Notes: generated by a model from the letters alone, not told the origin. 64,000 nt of DNA from Candidatus Moanibacter sp. (GCA_965215885.1 CBDCEW010000104.1:192001-256000), one strand, 5' to 3'. Counted from the stretch's first letter, positions 30,022 through 41,403 are shown. Made by a program: numbers and translations.

Positions 30022-31029
30022 CTAGCGGGAAGTATCGGCGAAACTCTCCCAATTATCCAATATCTCATTGATTACCGTGCTTCCGACTCTCTCTAATGCC
30101 CTCAAGCTTGAAATGTAACCCGGAAACATCGTTTCGCCTCCACCGCCTTCTCCTCTGAAACTCTCGAGAACTGTTTGGCCGTCCGGCGCTTGCATTGTGT
30201 AGTTGCTGCCGCTGCGCAGGAGGAGGACTCGATTCCAGTCGATCTTTTCCGCGTTTGAGAGATTCTTGAGAGCGCGCAAGGTGCCGTTATCCTCCATCGT
30301 GGAGGTAACGAAACGACCTTTCCCTTCGGTCCAGTAGTCAACCCATTTTTCCGCCCACTCGTTAGGAATTCTACCGTGCCAGTATCGTGTCACTCCGAGA
30401 TTATCGCCTTTAAGAATGAAAGGTGGTTTCTGAGCCTCGGGCGTACCAGAGTAACGCTTCCGGTAAGCCGCCATATTGGGAGTATCGAGATCGCCTAGAT
30501 CGATACTCTTTGTCAGTTGGTAGGCCCAGTCACACAAATCACTATTGAGGCAGTAGAGTTCGTCCTGAAGAAAGAGGAATTCCTCCCCTCGCTGGCTGGG
30601 AGCGTAAGGAGCGAATGTTCCGAGCGGTATAATGCCGGTATCCCAATCTTGAGGCATTTCTCTGGGGTCGAATTCGTGCGCGAGGTCGCCATCCACACAG
30701 TAGTCGCCCCATACCACGCTCCCGATTGAGCAGTAGCGCGGATTCACTCCACAGATACCGGCAATCATAAAGTAGGCTCTCGTGAGATCGAAACGCGGAT
30801 CGAGACCGAGAGCGATTGTAGAGGCACTGGCTTTGGCCGCTCCCACCCCTACGACGAGTCCGATCAATCCCTTATCGTTGGCCCAGATATCGAAAGCTCC
30901 GGCAGGTAACGGATAGACTTTCTTTAAGCCGTGGGATTCGCAGAAAAACTGGAACTCGCCGGGCTGATCGTCGGGGGCGAGCTCATACATGGTAATGAGG
31001 ACGAACTTTACAGGGATAGGAGAGTTCAT
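30022..31029 (-). CDS. Purine nucleoside permease (NUP family, phosphorylase-like fold)
   Basis: LDPRFDLTRAYFMIAGICGVNP, DLAHEFDPREMP, MEDNG and VLLLRSGSNY motifs. Confidence 0.88.
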   Translation of the reverse strand: MNSPIPVKFVLITMYELAPDDQPGEFQFFCESHGLKKVYPLPAGAFDIWANDKGLIGLVVGVGAAKASASTIALGLDPRFDLTRAYFMIAGICGVNPRYCSIGSVVWGDYCVDGDLAHEFDPREMPQDWDTGIIPLGTFAPYAPSQRGEEFLFLQDELYCLNSDLCDWAYQLTKSIDLGDLDTPNMAAYRKRYSGTPEAQKPPFILKGDNLGVTRYWHGRIPNEWAEKWVDYWTEGKGRFVTSTMEDNGTLRALKNLSNAEKIDWNRVLLLRSGSNYTMQAPDGQTVLESFRGEGGGGETMFPGYISSLRALERVGSTVINEILDNWESFADTSR

Positions 31030-31347
31030 GATGTTTCGTGAGAAATTGCCGCAATAATATTCCCCGAATCCGCAAGAACTTTAAGACCATGAGCCATGAC
31101 GCTAAGCATGGATAAGCCCGGGACTAAATGCCCTTTTCAGGAGGTCGAATTAAATGCCAGGAAACGTTATTAAGCGAATTGAGAGATAACTGCTTGATTC
31201 GACTACACGTTTGTTTTACTCTCGAAATTGATTCTAGGGTATCAATTGGGGAACTAACGGAGGGAAAACCCCATTCCTTTTTTTGTGAATGTGTTATAAT
31301 GAGGCGGACATAAGGAAGGGATCTAAAAGCAGCGAGGGTATTGAGAG

Positions 31348-31809
31348 ATGATTCCAAAACCGGTTAGAAGGTTAATCTATATTTTCATCGCGATAGTGGT
31401 AGGCTACTACCTCTATACTATGGTGAGTGCACACACCGCGCAGGAGGTTATTGTTCTGAAACAATACACCAAGGCGGTAATGGATGGGGAAAGGATGGTG
31501 GGACGAAAACTGAGTTTGGATCCGAAGAATCTGGATCCCTTCATGAAGCGCAAGAAGCGTGGCGAGGCGTTGTGAGGTGATGTACGCTTTACCTACTACA
31601 AAATCAAAAACATTCGGCGCAGTGGGGATAAGAGGACCGCGAATATCTCGATGCAGCAGGTGTTCCGGCTGAACCCACCGGGAATGGATTCGTTTTGGGG
31701 CGTCGAGGAAGTGAAGAACAACATCCAGGCAGTACTCGTGTTATCAAAATCGGCGTGGAAGATCCAATCATTCACTGATAACTATTATACGCCTGGTATG
31801 AAGGAATAG
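31348..31809 (+). pseudogene. Membrane-anchored hypothetical protein with in-frame TGA at 31573
   Basis: The frame stays open for 77 codons after the TGA, to TAG 31807..31809, with protein-like sequence ending WKIQSF. Confidence 0.6.
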
Positions 31810-31915
31810 GAAGCAGTCGGATTTAACCTTTGGACGGTTTCGCGGAAGAAGTACGGTGCACCGAAAAGCGTCTCCGGTGGCATAGACGTGGTATTCCGTT
31901 TATTGCGCCGGTCTG

Positions 31916-32419
31916 ATGAATCGGTCCTTGAAAGTTGGTCTGATTGCCGGTGCCGTGGCGGCGGTATCGTTCGTCGTAGTCTTTCCTGGATTCGGAGGAG
32001 AAGAGGGTCGTATTTATGATCGGCTCGATAAGATAGTTGAAATTATCGAAAAATCCGGTAGCGAGGGTAGACTGACCGGACTGACAAGAGCACGCAAAGC
32101 TTCCCTGTATTTTACGGAGAATTGCCAGGTACGGCACCCCTATGGTAAATCGACTTTGAACGGCCAGGATGCCGTGGCCGGTACCGTGGCGAGTCTTCGA
32201 AACTTTGCCAATTCGATCTCAATTTCAATTTGGCAGCGCACCCTGGATATTTCCTCGGGCGAACATTCGGCCAGTTTGAGCATTCGCGCGAAAGCCAAAG
32301 TCAGTTTCCCGGATGGTGATGAAACGGCTGAACAGCAATTTCTCATAGAGTGGGTGAAGCTGGGAGGAGAGTGGTATATCCAGAGCGTTTCGGTGCCTGT
32401 TCGAACAGATTCTATTTAG
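31916..32419 (+). CDS. NTF2-like/SnoaL domain exported protein
   Basis: N-terminal TM or signal segment, YFTENC and the C-terminal WVKLGGEWYI beta-hairpin. Confidence 0.7.
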   Translation: MNRSLKVGLIAGAVAAVSFVVVFPGFGGEEGRIYDRLDKIVEIIEKSGSEGRLTGLTRARKASLYFTENCQVRHPYGKSTLNGQDAVAGTVASLRNFANSISISIWQRTLDISSGEHSASLSIRAKAKVSFPDGDETAEQQFLIEWVKLGGEWYIQSVSVPVRTDSI

Positions 32420-32437
32420 ACCCTGTTCGAACAGGCT

Positions 32438-32619
32438 CTAGCCCGGACATTTCACACACTTCGTAGCGAGACTGCGTAGATTGGTGCGTATCAATGCCTT
32501 TCAGCAGGGCGGCGGGTGACAGCGTGTTGGAACCCTCTGAGGTCGCCGTGCAAGGGAAGGCTTTGATACGCAGTGAGATCCGCGGTCGTAGTAGAAGGTT
32601 TGTGAAATGTTCGGGCTAG
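32438..32619 (-). mobile_element. 182-bp MITE, copy 2
   Basis: Reverse-complement homolog of 29410..29591. Its terminal CTAG contains the stop codon of the LMF gene. Confidence 0.85.
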
Positions 32620-34553
32620 TTAACCCGCAGCTGCAGAGTATAGTGGTCAAGCAATTTTCTGTCCCACCAGGCACCAGTGGTTCTTTTCGTTTCGGGATCT
32701 GAGAAGGTGTAATGGTAGAGAAGGAGTCGAATCAACCGTGGAGGACTTTCGGGGAAAGGGTTTTCCTCGAGTAGTGAAAGGACGGTGGGGTTGTTGTTCG
32801 ACAGCTCCTCAATAAGCCGCGAGAACCATGGAAGTGAAGTCCGGAATGACCGATTTCGTTCGATACGCAGGCCGGCGAACCACATTTGCCAATCGAGTCT
32901 CGGCATATGTGGGGTCATGAATTCCGGTGCCGCGGTAGGATCGACCGGTTTCCATTTGAAAATATACGGCTTCCAGTTCAGGCCGTCCTCGCTCCCCTCG
33001 ATGATGATCTCGGGACGAGTCTTCGTCATGACACGAAAGAGTCCGTAGGGATTAACGATATGAAGTCTGCGGATTTTCTGTCTTGTTTTGCGAACCCACT
33101 CCGGAGGATCTTGCTGCACTTTTTCCCGATTTTGGCGATTACCGCGAAAGTCATTGCGCAGGTAGTAGGCTCCCATCCAGACGATCACGAGCGTTAGGGG
33201 GCAGAGAAGAACCAGCCTAGGCAGTCGAATGAGGAAGGGAGAATTCCCAGGTTTTCGGAGCGCGGTGGTGAGTTTTCGAAGTGAATCTGGTAAACTCTGA
33301 TCATCAATGAGAGGGACGCAGAGCACGATTGTGAGGAGATTGAAGAATCCATAATTACCACTGGCGGCAATGAGAATTTGGAAGAGAACCAAACCGAAAA
33401 ATCCTACGATTCGAAATCTGCGGGGTAACCATATGAGAAAAGGGCACGCCAACTCGGCAGCAAACATGAACCAGAGAGAGATCTTGTGCATCCAGTTTGG
33501 TAGGTGATGAAAGTACCAGCTGGTCCAGGAAGGTATCGGTTGGGACCAATAGTGATAATTTAGGGCTGTCAGATCACGCCAGGTATTCTCGCTGTTTGCG
33601 CCGTAGTAGGTGAGTTTGACCAGACCGGACTCGAACATGAGTTTGAAAAGGAGCAGCCAGATGAGCCAGCGGGCCAGATGTGAAGGTAGAGGTCGAGTGG
33701 AGAGTCGGTCCCACCAGACGAAGGGGACGAGAAAGATGGTGAGGAAGACGGTCTCGAGGAGCAGGATGTCCCATTGAAAGGAAAGAAAGGGTCTCCCCAC
33801 TGTCATGAGTGACAGGTATATAGCCCATACGGAAATCGCCGCGATGGGAGCGGCCACACCGATAGTGAGTAGAATCGAAGCGATGATTCCCAAGGTGAAG
33901 AGGAAATTCAGCGCCTCCTGAGACTGGTTTAGCCAGATGAGAGTCGGGTAATGCCAGTATTTTGAGACCTCTACTTCATTTCGTTCCCAGTGTCGGTCGA
34001 CATTTTGGAGAAGATCCGTGAAAGGCAGGATTCCATTCTCTCCGATCAGACCATCCGCCTGGGTCCAATAGGAAATAAGAGCAAAGAGGGCGGTGACTCC
34101 GACCAGCCTGATGAATAGCCAGCTTGAAAACTGGTAAGTTGGAGGCGTTACGTCTCGTCCCCAGAGAAGGCGGGTGAAAACGGAAAAGAAATAGCGGTTT
34201 CGAGCGACCAAGGAGTAGCCGACGTTTGAAATACGCGCGAAAAGAGGCCAATCGCGGTAGAGCCGAATACCCAGACCCCTAAAAGGTAGATTCTCCAAAC
34301 CCTTGAAGACAGCTTCAACTCCCGCATATACGCCGCCGTCGAGATCAACCAGCTGGACCCCCTTGGTAAACTCCTCGAGGCGGATTTCCGGGAATCGTTC
34401 AGCGACCTCCTGGAAAGGGGCGTAATCAATCTCGTCGCCCGTCATGACTTTCCATCGCTCAATCCAGCGACAGCAAAAGACACATTCGCCGTCGTAAATC
34501 ATGAGTGGGCGTTTCGACGGCGGACTTTTGACAGATTTACGGGTTGGCTTCAA
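32616..34553 (-). CDS. Lipase maturation factor family protein with N-terminal DCC1-like thiol-disulfide domain
   Basis: IYDGECVFC, FLSFQWDILLLE, YHYWSQPIP, SGNYGFFNLL and PHMPRLDWQMWF motifs. Confidence 0.93.
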   Translation of the reverse strand: MKPTRKSVKSPPSKRPLMIYDGECVFCCRWIERWKVMTGDEIDYAPFQEVAERFPEIRLEEFTKGVQLVDLDGGVYAGVEAVFKGLENLPFRGLGIRLYRDWPLFARISNVGYSLVARNRYFFSVFTRLLWGRDVTPPTYQFSSWLFIRLVGVTALFALISYWTQADGLIGENGILPFTDLLQNVDRHWERNEVEVSKYWHYPTLIWLNQSQEALNFLFTLGIIASILLTIGVAAPIAAISVWAIYLSLMTVGRPFLSFQWDILLLETVFLTIFLVPFVWWDRLSTRPLPSHLARWLIWLLLFKLMFESGLVKLTYYGANSENTWRDLTALNYHYWSQPIPSWTSWYFHHLPNWMHKISLWFMFAAELACPFLIWLPRRFRIVGFFGLVLFQILIAASGNYGFFNLLTIVLCVPLIDDQSLPDSLRKLTTALRKPGNSPFLIRLPRLVLLCPLTLVIVWMGAYYLRNDFRGNRQNREKVQQDPPEWVRKTRQKIRRLHIVNPYGLFRVMTKTRPEIIIEGSEDGLNWKPYIFKWKPVDPTAAPEFMTPHMPRLDWQMWFAGLRIERNRSFRTSLPWFSRLIEELSNNNPTVLSLLEENPFPESPPRLIRLLLYHYTFSDPETKRTTGAWWDRKLLDHYTLQLRVN

Positions 34554-34800
34554 TGGGCCTTCAATTAAGCGAGCACTACTGGTCCCGGCAAGCGGGGATC
34601 GGACTTTACCCCTCTTTCGAAAGATTCACTGAATTTCTATCTGACAGGCTGCTAGAGACAAGAAAATGAAACTGAAAATTGCTGGAAGAGAACTTTAAAT
34701 CGCAAAGTCCGACAGATTCCGCGGGATGGCTGCAATTTTATGGATCGGCTAAAATCGGTTAAGGTGGACCGACAAAAGGGCGATAAGAGATAGAGAAGTA

Positions 34801-35670
34801 ATGCCTATGGAAACTATTACACGGGCTGACTGTGATGCCTTGGAGACCTGTCGAAAAGTCCTGACGAGACGGATCGACTCGGATGAGCTCAGGTTGCCGG
34901 TATTACCGCAGGTTGCGGGTCAGGTAGTGTCACTCTCCAATGACCCCAATGCGGAATTGGGTGAGTTATCCTCCCTGATTCATCAGGATCAGGCTTTGGC
35001 CGGGCATCTCTTGCGGATTTCCAATTCTGTTGCCTATCGAGGCGGTGAGACGATCGTTTCCTTGCAGCAGGCCGTGACTCGCTTAGGTATGCAAATCCTA
35101 AGCGACATGGCAATGGCCGTTTCGGTACAGGGTGAAGATCTTCGCGTCCCTGGGTATGAAGATGAAGTGAAATTTCTGTTGCACCATGCTCTTGCCTCGG
35201 GAGCCTACGGCAGGGAAGTCGCACGCATGAGCCGTCGCAATGTGGAGAGTCAGTTCCTTTGCGGTTTGCTTCACACGATAGGGAAGCCCATTGTATTAAA
35301 GGCAGTTGCCGAGATTCAGGATTTGATCGCGCTTTCCCTCAGCAGGGAGGAAATTGATGAACTGCTGGATGAATTCCACTGCCCCATCGGGTTGAGTGTG
35401 GCGCAGAAGTGGAAATTGCCTCGCCCGGTGCAGATCTCAATATCCTGTTACCGGAACTATTCCGAAGCTACCGAATTCCGCGATCAGACAGCGATGACTT
35501 ACCTGGCCGATCGGCTCGCAACTTGGGCCGTCTTTCCCGAGAAACTACCGACCGCGAAAGCCATCGACGATCCAGTGTTTGCTGATCTGAACTTCTACCC
35601 TGAGGACATCGAAGCGCTTCTGGGTAGGAAAGGCGAAATACTTGAGATCGTAGCGGCTATGCAGATATGA
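34801..35670 (+). CDS. HDOD domain protein
   Basis: LPVLPQV, DQALAGHLLRISNS, AVTRLG, GLLHTIGK and WKLP motifs. Confidence 0.92.
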   Translation: MPMETITRADCDALETCRKVLTRRIDSDELRLPVLPQVAGQVVSLSNDPNAELGELSSLIHQDQALAGHLLRISNSVAYRGGETIVSLQQAVTRLGMQILSDMAMAVSVQGEDLRVPGYEDEVKFLLHHALASGAYGREVARMSRRNVESQFLCGLLHTIGKPIVLKAVAEIQDLIALSLSREEIDELLDEFHCPIGLSVAQKWKLPRPVQISISCYRNYSEATEFRDQTAMTYLADRLATWAVFPEKLPTAKAIDDPVFADLNFYPEDIEALLGRKGEILEIVAAMQI

Positions 35671-37107
35671 TTGGCCAAGCGCGTTTCGACATCATCGTTA
35701 TCGGTAGTGGGCCCGGTGGGCAGAAAGCTGCCATCCAGGGAGCCAAGGCAGGTAAAAAAGTGGCCATCGTTGATCGTGAGCCCAATATCGGTGGCGCTTG
35801 CGTTTACCGCGGAACAATTCCGAGTAAGACCCTGCGTGAATCTGCGCTTACCATGGTGAGTCTTAAGCGAAGCGCCGGTGTCGTCGACTATGCCATAAGA
35901 GAGGAGTTGGAAGTGTCCAGTCTCATGGCACGTCTCGATAAGGTCCTGGGCGCACACAATGCGTTTATAACCAAGCATCTCCAAGATAACGGGATCGAGC
36001 TGTTTCACGGCCGTGCCAAAATCGTCGGCCCGCACGAAGTCTATCTACTTTCCGTTAATGGCTCCGTGGTTTCTTTGCAAGGGGATGTGATCGTGATCGC
36101 TTCGGGTTCACGGCCGCGCACCCCTCCCGACATTCCGGTTGATCATGAGAATGTCCTGGATAGCGACTCCATTCTCAGCATGATTTACTTTCCCAGGACA
36201 CTAACCGTTTTAGGTGGGGGGAGTAATCGCATCTGAGTACGCTTCCATATTCTCATTGCTTGGTGTTGAAGTGACGATGGTCGACAGAGCGCCTCGGCCC
36301 CTGATGTTTCTCGATGAGGAGATTACCTGTAAATTCGTTGCAAGTTTTCGAAGATTCGGAGGACGTTATCTGGGAGAAGAGCAGGTAAGATCGGTGCGAT
36401 GGGACGGAGTCTCGCAGGTGAAGACAGAACTGGAATCCGGCGAGGTAATCGATTCCGACAAAATGCTTGTGGCGCTGGGCCGTTCGGCCAATGTCGAAGG
36501 ACTCGGTTTGGATGATTTGAACATCGAGCAGGATGGACGGGGCCAGATTGTGGTTGACGAGGAATATCGCACAAATGTTCGCAATATCTATGCTGTGGGC
36601 GATGTGATCGGTCCGCCAGCTCTAGCATCCTGCAGCATGGAGCAGGGGCGAAGAGCGATATGTCACGCCTTAAATATTGAAGTCGGACACTCCTTCGAGG
36701 TTGTCCCAATGGGTGTTTATGCAGTGCCTGAGTTGGCAAGTGTGGGACTATCGGAGAAGCAGGCGCGGGAGAAATATGGCGAGATAATCGTGGGTCGTGC
36801 CGACTTTGAAGAGATCGCTCGGGGACAGATCGCGGGTATCCAGGATGGCCTTCTGAAGATTGTGGGCGATGTGGAAGGGCGAAGGCTGTTGGGAGTCCAG
36901 ATTGTAGGCGACGGGGCGACCGATCTTATCCATTTAGGAGAAATGGCACTGCTAAACGGAAACGAAGTGGGGATTTTTCTCGATAATGTCATGAATTTTC
37001 CAACCTTGGCGGAAGCGTATCGAGTAGCGGCGTTAAATCTGATCAATAAAGTGCCCGAACATTCCCGCCGGACCTCACCGACGTCTCAGCCAGTACTCGC
37101 AGGTTAG
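35667..37107 (+). CDS. sthA: Soluble (Si-specific) NAD(P)+ transhydrogenase, frameshifted in a G run at ~36216
   Basis: VIGSGPGG, GGACVYRGTIPSKTLRE, GGGVIASEYAS and NFPTLAEAYRVAA. One extra G in a G6 run splits the ORF. Confidence 0.88.
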
Positions 37108-37165
37108 TGGGTCCCGAGGCGGGTTATTGCTGGCCGCGAGTGTGAACGTTGAGACACGGCCAATT

Positions 37166-38617
37166 TTACCGCCACAGCCGTGGCAGTTGGTTCATCAGTG
37201 TAATGGCGGTGAAGTAGCCGAAAAATCCGCAGGCCCAGAACATAGCCACTTTGCGCACCAGCCCCATGGCCAGGGGCCCGCGCAGCACGCGGTTGTTCAT
37301 CCAGAGGAGGAGCACCGAATAGAGCAACATGACGCCACCGTTGAGCGACGCGCTCAGTACCAGCAGCACAAGTGGCTGATTAAATCCCTCGATGAACAGC
37401 CCCGCCAGCATGATTATACAACCGAGCGCGATCTGAATCCAGAGGAGCAAAAAGTAGAGCCGGTTGTCGGACCACTTTTCGTTTTCCCTCAGCCAGTTCA
37501 CCTTGATGATATCGGTGGATATTCGAGCCCCGGCATCCAGCAGTCCGAGTTCCGTGGTGAGCAGGATTGCGATGCCCATCCAATGGAAGAAATGCTGGAA
37601 GATTCCCCCGTAATGAATGCCGATATAATTGCCTTCGACGCCGATAAATCCCATACCTCTCTCCAGGCCGGGGGTATGCCGCGTCGTGGCGTAGGAAATC
37701 AGCGACAGCAGCATGAGGGAGAGGACCGAAAGCAGGTAGAATGTGATGAGGTGCTCGTAGTTGGCCGCTTTCCACCAGGACCGCCAACGACCCAGATTCT
37801 TCTCCGTGAGCTCGAAGTGGAAGCCGATTCCGGAGACCACTTCCGCCTTGCCAGTTAGCGGGCTGGTGAGCCGGCCGATGTAGGCGCCCATGGCGTAGCC
37901 TTTATCGCGTAGAAAATCGCTCTGTGCCAGATTCATTGTGCCGCCCGCGCCGGCGAAGGCGATGGCACCCAGGAGCAATTGCAGATCCATCCCCTCCGGG
38001 ATGTAGCCGACATTTGCGATGCCCTTGAACATATCGACGACGTGAACCAGATCGACGACGAGAAAGAATATTACGACAAGGAAAAGGAGGACGCAGCCGA
38101 CCAGCACGATTTGAATGCGCTCCACGGTATTGTAGACGACCGGCCCAAGGGTAAGCACCAACCCGACGGCGATGAGGCTGAGAATAGAATAAACAACCCG
38201 AACCGTTTCACCTCCGCCAATCTCCCATGTCAGCAGCGTGGCCGCGCCTGAAGCCCATCCGGGCCACATCCAGGGTATTACATTGCAGAGCAGGAAAATC
38301 CAGGCCCAATTCTTCCACAACCTGCAGAAACCGGTCACCGCTGTTTCGCCCGTGGCCAGAGTCCAGCGTTCAACCTCCATATTGATAAAATACTGCGTCG
38401 TCACTCCCAGCATGCAGGCCCAGAATATGACGAAGCCGAACTTGTAGGTTATATAGGGCCACAACACGAATTCGCCGCTCCCTAGCGCCAAACCCAGGAG
38501 GAGGACGCTCGGGCCGAGCAAGCGCTTCCAATGGGGCGCCTCCGGGAGATCGCGGTAGCTGGCGGGCGGCAGATTGTGGCACGGGATAATTTCGTGGGGT
38601 ACGTTCTCTTCGCTCAT
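37166..38617 (-). CDS. Nramp-like (APC superfamily) membrane transporter
   Basis: LGPSVLLLGLALGSGEFVLWP, ERWTLATGE and AFAGAGG motifs; about 11 TM segments. Confidence 0.8.
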   Translation of the reverse strand: MSEENVPHEIIPCHNLPPASYRDLPEAPHWKRLLGPSVLLLGLALGSGEFVLWPYITYKFGFVIFWACMLGVTTQYFINMEVERWTLATGETAVTGFCRLWKNWAWIFLLCNVIPWMWPGWASGAATLLTWEIGGGETVRVVYSILSLIAVGLVLTLGPVVYNTVERIQIVLVGCVLLFLVVIFFLVVDLVHVVDMFKGIANVGYIPEGMDLQLLLGAIAFAGAGGTMNLAQSDFLRDKGYAMGAYIGRLTSPLTGKAEVVSGIGFHFELTEKNLGRWRSWWKAANYEHLITFYLLSVLSLMLLSLISYATTRHTPGLERGMGFIGVEGNYIGIHYGGIFQHFFHWMGIAILLTTELGLLDAGARISTDIIKVNWLRENEKWSDNRLYFLLLWIQIALGCIIMLAGLFIEGFNQPLVLLVLSASLNGGVMLLYSVLLLWMNNRVLRGPLAMGLVRKVAMFWACGFFGYFTAITLMNQLPRLWR

Positions 38618-38823
38618 ATTATTAAGAAAAGCCTATTGGAGAATCAAATTGCCCACTGTTGCAAGTGCTTTGAGTTTCCCTCGAAAGCGGGAGCAGCAGT
38701 GAAATAAGCAGACCAGGGGAGCCACTGACGCCTCGGACGAGTCGAATAATGTTGCAGAAGTTACGGATGATAAAAAGGGTTAGTCTCGAATTCGTGTATT
38801 AAGTCCGACAGATTCCTAAAGGC

Positions 38824-39915
38824 ATGACCACACGTTCATCTTCGATTCACGATCTAGCTACCCCTGCATTGGTACTCGATTGGGCAACAGCACAACGAAA
38901 CATCAAAGGAGCAGCCGAGTTCGTCCAGGATAAAGAGGTGCGGCTGAGACCGCACTTCAAAAATCATAAGCGCGTATCACTGGCCCGCGAACAGTTGTCC
39001 GCTGGTGGGTGCGTAGGAATGACAACGGCCACTCTAGTAGAGGCGGAGGCGTTAGTCAAAGGCGGGATCGACGACGTATTGATTGCGAATCAGATCGTTG
39101 GTGCAACGAACATCATCCGCCTCCTCGAACTGGCCAAGCGGTCTAAACTACGTGTCGCTGTCGACAATATCGCCAATGCCGAGATGATTGCCAAAGCGGC
39201 GCAGGGTCAAGGTATTGAAATCGGCGTGTTGATCGAGGTCGATGTAGGTATGGGCCGGTGCGGAGTGGCTCCGGGTGACGCGACTGTCGAGCTTGCCGAG
39301 AAAATCTCACCGCTTTCAGGGATTCGACTGGATGGGCTCCAAGCTTACGAAGGACATGCCGTCGGCATCGTCGATCCGATCGAAAGGGAATCAGTTGCTA
39401 CGGCGTCTATCGAAAAGGCGACCCGATCGCGACGGCAGCTCGAGGCGGAGGGATTCGAATGTGGAATCGTCTCCAGCGCTGGTACCGGCACTTTTCGTAC
39501 TACCGGGTTACTTGAAGGTGTCACGGAGCTACAGGTCGGCAGCTATGTGACAATGGACTGGAGCTACAAGGAAAGGGTTGGAGATCAATTCGATATTGCC
39601 CTTACCATTCTGGCTAGTGTGATAAGCGTTCGCGAAGATCATTTCGTAGTCAATGCCGGGTGCAAGGCCATCGGGCACGAAATGGGACCGCCCAGGCTGC
39701 GAGATTTTGCGAGTGCGGAAATTCCGAGATTCGGTGCCGAAGAACATACCGTGGTGCACCTTCCCGCACACAACCTCAAAGTCGGTGACGTTGTTCATGT
39801 AATCCCAAGTCATTGTTGCATGACCTGTGCACTTCATCGCGACATGGTCGTTTATGAGGGCGAACGCATCCGCGATATCTGGCAGGCCGATGTGGGCTAT
39901 GGCCGGTCAAGATGA
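38824..39915 (+). CDS. DSD1 / D-threonine aldolase-family PLP enzyme (alanine racemase fold)
   Basis: TPALVLD, LRPHFKNHK, EVDVGMGRCG, YEGH, EEH and PSHCC motifs. Confidence 0.9.
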   Translation: MTTRSSSIHDLATPALVLDWATAQRNIKGAAEFVQDKEVRLRPHFKNHKRVSLAREQLSAGGCVGMTTATLVEAEALVKGGIDDVLIANQIVGATNIIRLLELAKRSKLRVAVDNIANAEMIAKAAQGQGIEIGVLIEVDVGMGRCGVAPGDATVELAEKISPLSGIRLDGLQAYEGHAVGIVDPIERESVATASIEKATRSRRQLEAEGFECGIVSSAGTGTFRTTGLLEGVTELQVGSYVTMDWSYKERVGDQFDIALTILASVISVREDHFVVNAGCKAIGHEMGPPRLRDFASAEIPRFGAEEHTVVHLPAHNLKVGDVVHVIPSHCCMTCALHRDMVVYEGERIRDIWQADVGYGRSR

Positions 39916-39943
39916 CGATAAGTGATTGAGTATAGGTTCCGCG

Positions 39944-41401
39944 ATGGAAAAGATCGACATTCCACAGAGCGAAGGAATCTTCAATCAGCCCTGGTCTTTC
40001 AAGAAGATCCTGGGTCTCCTTGCCATTTTCGGTCCGGCCGCCATCTTGGCTTCGGTATCGATTGGCGCGGGTGAGACGATAGTCGTTGTGCGAGCGGGTG
40101 CCTGGGCTGGTTATAACCTGCTTTGGCTCGTGCTCCTCAGCTGCTTGGTGAAGGGGTTGTTCGTTACTTATTTGATGGGCCGATACACGGCCGTCAGCGG
40201 GGAACACATCGGCCACCGGTTGGTGCGGCTTCCGGGACCTCGAGGCTGGCTATTGTTGTCGCTGCTGATTTTCGAGATGATCGGTGCGCCTCTTGCCTGG
40301 GTGCCTATCGCGAAGCCCTGCGGTGATCTCTTCCACCACCTCATGAGCAATATGCTGACGGCTTCCATTCCTGAAGCGACGTGGGAGAATATCATTACGT
40401 CAGGATTCATTGCATTGGCCTTGAGCCTCAGCTTGAGACTCTCATTTGAGAGGCTGGAAAAACAGCAGCTTACAATATGTGCCATCCTCGTTTTCGGAAC
40501 TCTTCTAGGCACGCTGTTCGTGCGTCCGGATTTCTTCAAGTCCCTTCTCGGCAGTCTTAGCTTTGGTTATCTGCCTCCCTTTCCGGCCTGGGCACCCGAG
40601 GACGCTATCAGGCACCCCATGTTGACGATGGCCACGACCTTCGGTTACGTCGGTGGATCGGTGATCAGCTATATTGTCTACGCCAATTGGGTGAGCATGC
40701 ACGGCTGGGGATTGTCCGGACACCGAAAAATCGAAGAGATCCGTCGGCATGCCTTCACCCGGGAACGTATCGACTATCTTCCGGAGGATCCCGAGCAGGT
40801 CAGGCGATTAAGGCAATCGATATTGCCGTTGCGATGGGATGTCAGTATGGGCGCCATTGTGCTCTTCATCGTCACGGGAACCTTCATGATATCCGGCGCC
40901 GCGGTTCTCTATCCGTTGGAGACACGATTCGAGGGGTGGAGCCTGTTAACTAATCAGGCCCATGTTTGGAGCAATATCCATCCGACCCTGGTTTGGATCT
41001 ACTATGTCTGCATTATCGCGGCGCTTTGGGGCACATTGCAGGCCTTGCCGGAGGCCTATGCCCGCGTCGGCCAGGAATTCTTCCAGGCGATGTGGCCTGA
41101 TCGCACTTGGGAATACAAAAAACTCAAGCGAATCATCTGCCTCTACCTCTTCGCAACCACCATGCTTATCGTCTGGAACAATATCCCCTTTGACATTCTC
41201 ACGCAGATCGCCGGTTTCCTAATCGCCAATCTCGCCATTGCCATGGTCATGGCAGCGGCGCTCTATCTCAACTTCAAACTGCCCCGGGTTCTCCGCACGC
41301 ACCCGATCGTTCTCTTCTGCGCCATAGTCTCGACCCTCGTGCTCTTCGCCTTCACCGTCATCAGCGGATGGAGCCTGGTGGACAAATTTGCGGGAGGCTG
41401 A
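39944..41401 (+). CDS. Nramp-like (APC superfamily) membrane transporter
   Basis: FGPAAILASVSIGAGE and GRYTAVSGE motifs; multiple TM segments. Confidence 0.8.
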   Translation: MEKIDIPQSEGIFNQPWSFKKILGLLAIFGPAAILASVSIGAGETIVVVRAGAWAGYNLLWLVLLSCLVKGLFVTYLMGRYTAVSGEHIGHRLVRLPGPRGWLLLSLLIFEMIGAPLAWVPIAKPCGDLFHHLMSNMLTASIPEATWENIITSGFIALALSLSLRLSFERLEKQQLTICAILVFGTLLGTLFVRPDFFKSLLGSLSFGYLPPFPAWAPEDAIRHPMLTMATTFGYVGGSVISYIVYANWVSMHGWGLSGHRKIEEIRRHAFTRERIDYLPEDPEQVRRLRQSILPLRWDVSMGAIVLFIVTGTFMISGAAVLYPLETRFEGWSLLTNQAHVWSNIHPTLVWIYYVCIIAALWGTLQALPEAYARVGQEFFQAMWPDRTWEYKKLKRIICLYLFATTMLIVWNNIPFDILTQIAGFLIANLAIAMVMAAALYLNFKLPRVLRTHPIVLFCAIVSTLVLFAFTVISGWSLVDKFAGG

Positions 41402-41403
41402 GG

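Noticed and set aside
31573..31575. Selenocysteine or genetic-code reassignment
   Set aside because: No SECIS-like hairpin or Cys-type context, and TGA ends many genes normally in this window.
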